A model generated the notes under the pieces. That model was not told where the DNA came from and did no database searches. It was given only the letters and a program-made list of their open reading frames with translations. DNA of 63,628 nucleotides, counting the filler, from Jimgerdemannia flammicorona (lineage: Eukaryota): NCBI GenBank assembly GCA_003990765.1. It is 2 parts of 2 records of this genome, joined end to end, with 100 filler letters (N's around TTAATTAATTAA, not from the genome) between each part and the next. Parts side by side here need not be neighbours in the genome. Positions count along the whole stretch, not along the records: positions 31,865 to 63,628 come from RBNJ01000381.1; 1 more part is not named here. One strand, 5' to 3'. Position numbers and translations under genes: made by a program. This document shows positions 62,070 to 63,628 of this stretch, in pieces. Positions within the stretch are counted from its first letter, which is position 1, and each line of letters starts with the position of its first letter.

Positions 62070-62650
62070 GGTTATATTGTAAGCATACTTCAGCTCAAAA
62101 ATATATTACACTAGTTAGGTTGTTTGTATAGAGTATTACCAAAGTCATTAAGTGAGTTAATAAGTATGGTGTAAAAGTAGAATATATTTGCAATTTTATT
62201 TAAGTTCTGAAGGACTTTTTCAAAATATAATTCAGATAGTTGATAAAAGTAGAAGAAAAAGTATAATATTTTAAAATTTTAAAGTTATTAATATATTTTA
62301 TATTTTAATTTAATAAAGTAATAATATAATATTAATATATAATATTGAATATTATATTAAAAAAAAAAAATTTTTTTTTATAAATATATTTATTATATTA
62401 TGTATTTATTATTTTATATCTCTTAACTTATTTTTTATATTTTTTATAATTTTTTATATAAGTTACATACTTATATATATATTTATAAATTATATATAGA
62501 GATCAAAAGTATTTTATTTATTTTTTTAAATTTAATTCTGTTTTATTATTTATTTTAACTTTGATTTATTATTTAATTTTATATTTTAATAAATTTGATA
62601 TAAAGTTCATTAAATAATTCCAGATATAATTAATACTTTTGCAAGTTCAT
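62070..62650. other. Extremely AT-rich, CpG-free island (probable fully decayed repeat)
   Basis: Composition resembles 1-170 and 44330-44880. No recognisable domain. Confidence 0.5.
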
Positions 62651-63628
62651 CATAAAACCTAAGTTATTAAACTAAGAGCTTCAAGAGACAAGACCAATGA
62701 TGGAGCCCCTGCTACCTCACTTCACTCCTACATGTCTTCAACAAAGGGAAATAAAGCCTCAAAGAAACACGTACCAATTTCTTAACAATAGGAATAGGGA
62801 TGGTGCCGTCATCCGCTCGAGGTATCGTTATACGAATGCTTTTCCAGAATCGTCCAAGTGCGTGATGAGGCAGGATTTATATTCGCGCCGTTGAGGACAA
62901 ACCGACCTCTACGCGGCAAAGTCATGGGCGCTGGAGCAGGTGGTAGTGACACCGAGTTTTCGGGCTATAATTACACTGGGTGCGTGGCGAGATATCTCGA
63001 GGAGAGGAGTGGAGAAAAAGGTCGGGAGCAGACTTGGGTGTTCAACAACAGAGTTGAAAAATGGCTGGGAGTCTGGAGTATCGGGCTTGGGTTTGGATCC
63101 TCATTGTACCCATCGGCCTTTGGTAATTATGATAGGGCCAGGCAAAATGCCGGTAGAACCAATTTGCGGGGTCATCATGGCCATTGTTTAGTCCTTTGAC
63201 ACTGTGGCGCAGACATGTATGTTCCAATTTTTTTTTGCCGCGCTGTGACTCAACTACGTTCCGGCCTTCGGTGGAGCTGCGGTACTGGGAAAATGGTGGT
63301 TTCTTGGGCCTTCCGTGACCCTTCTGTTTGTTTGTGGCGCACCAGGTGATGTGACGTAAAGGAAGCTAGACGCACAGAGGCAGATTGTGTGGGGTTCTTG
63401 TGTTTGGGAATGGTCGGATGGGTACTGTCAAAAGAGGCAACGGAAGTAGCGACGTCAGTGGGTCAGACGGAAGGAGCGCTCATGTGACCTTTTGCACGAA
63501 ATCGAAGATGAATACATTCGGAAGATTCTTGCAGGTGCGCCTTTGCCTGAAATTGAAGCCTCTTTTCGCGCACCCTTGCCCTCCCTCTACCCCCCTCTCC
63601 CCCACTCCCCCCCCCCAAACCAACACCC

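Noticed and set aside
62697..63227. Short ORFs at the right edge
   Set aside because: No recognisable domain or consistent exon structure; cannot be supported.

Overview
Eukaryotic (fungal, intron-rich) genomic window, probably from an early-diverging Mucoromycota-type fungus; this taxon is inferred from gene content and repeat style only. Bases 1-~45,000 are a CpG-depleted, heavily transition-mutated nest of transposons: a Ty1/copia relic, a non-autonomous LTR element, three L1/Tx1-like LINE pieces, a Mutator (MULE) element, an hAT-like TIR element spanning an assembly gap, two ~2-kb solo LTRs, and several dUTPase-bearing Ty3/gypsy elements, one of them full length (35270-43979). Bases ~45,500-62,000 are a gene island: SEC5, ERCC8/CSA, an SLC35C2/YMD8-like transporter, a MED29-like gene, an F-box gene, a YTP1-like gene and MOCS2A, six of which form three divergent pairs. 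Three observations stand out. (1) Two LTR families that I cannot align at the DNA level each carry a long ORF inside the LTR (U3), and the two proteins share a gapless motif; the gypsy family also has dUTPase and an integrase in its own ORF. (2) The ~1.4-kb intergenic segment 52600-54050 is packed with nested stems whose G-U pairs favour the minus strand, lies behind a promoter-like cluster and contains a telomere-template-like motif, so it is a candidate long structured ncRNA. (3) C-to-T hypermutation extends beyond CpG (RIP-like). All alignments and folds were done by eye; no searches were run.
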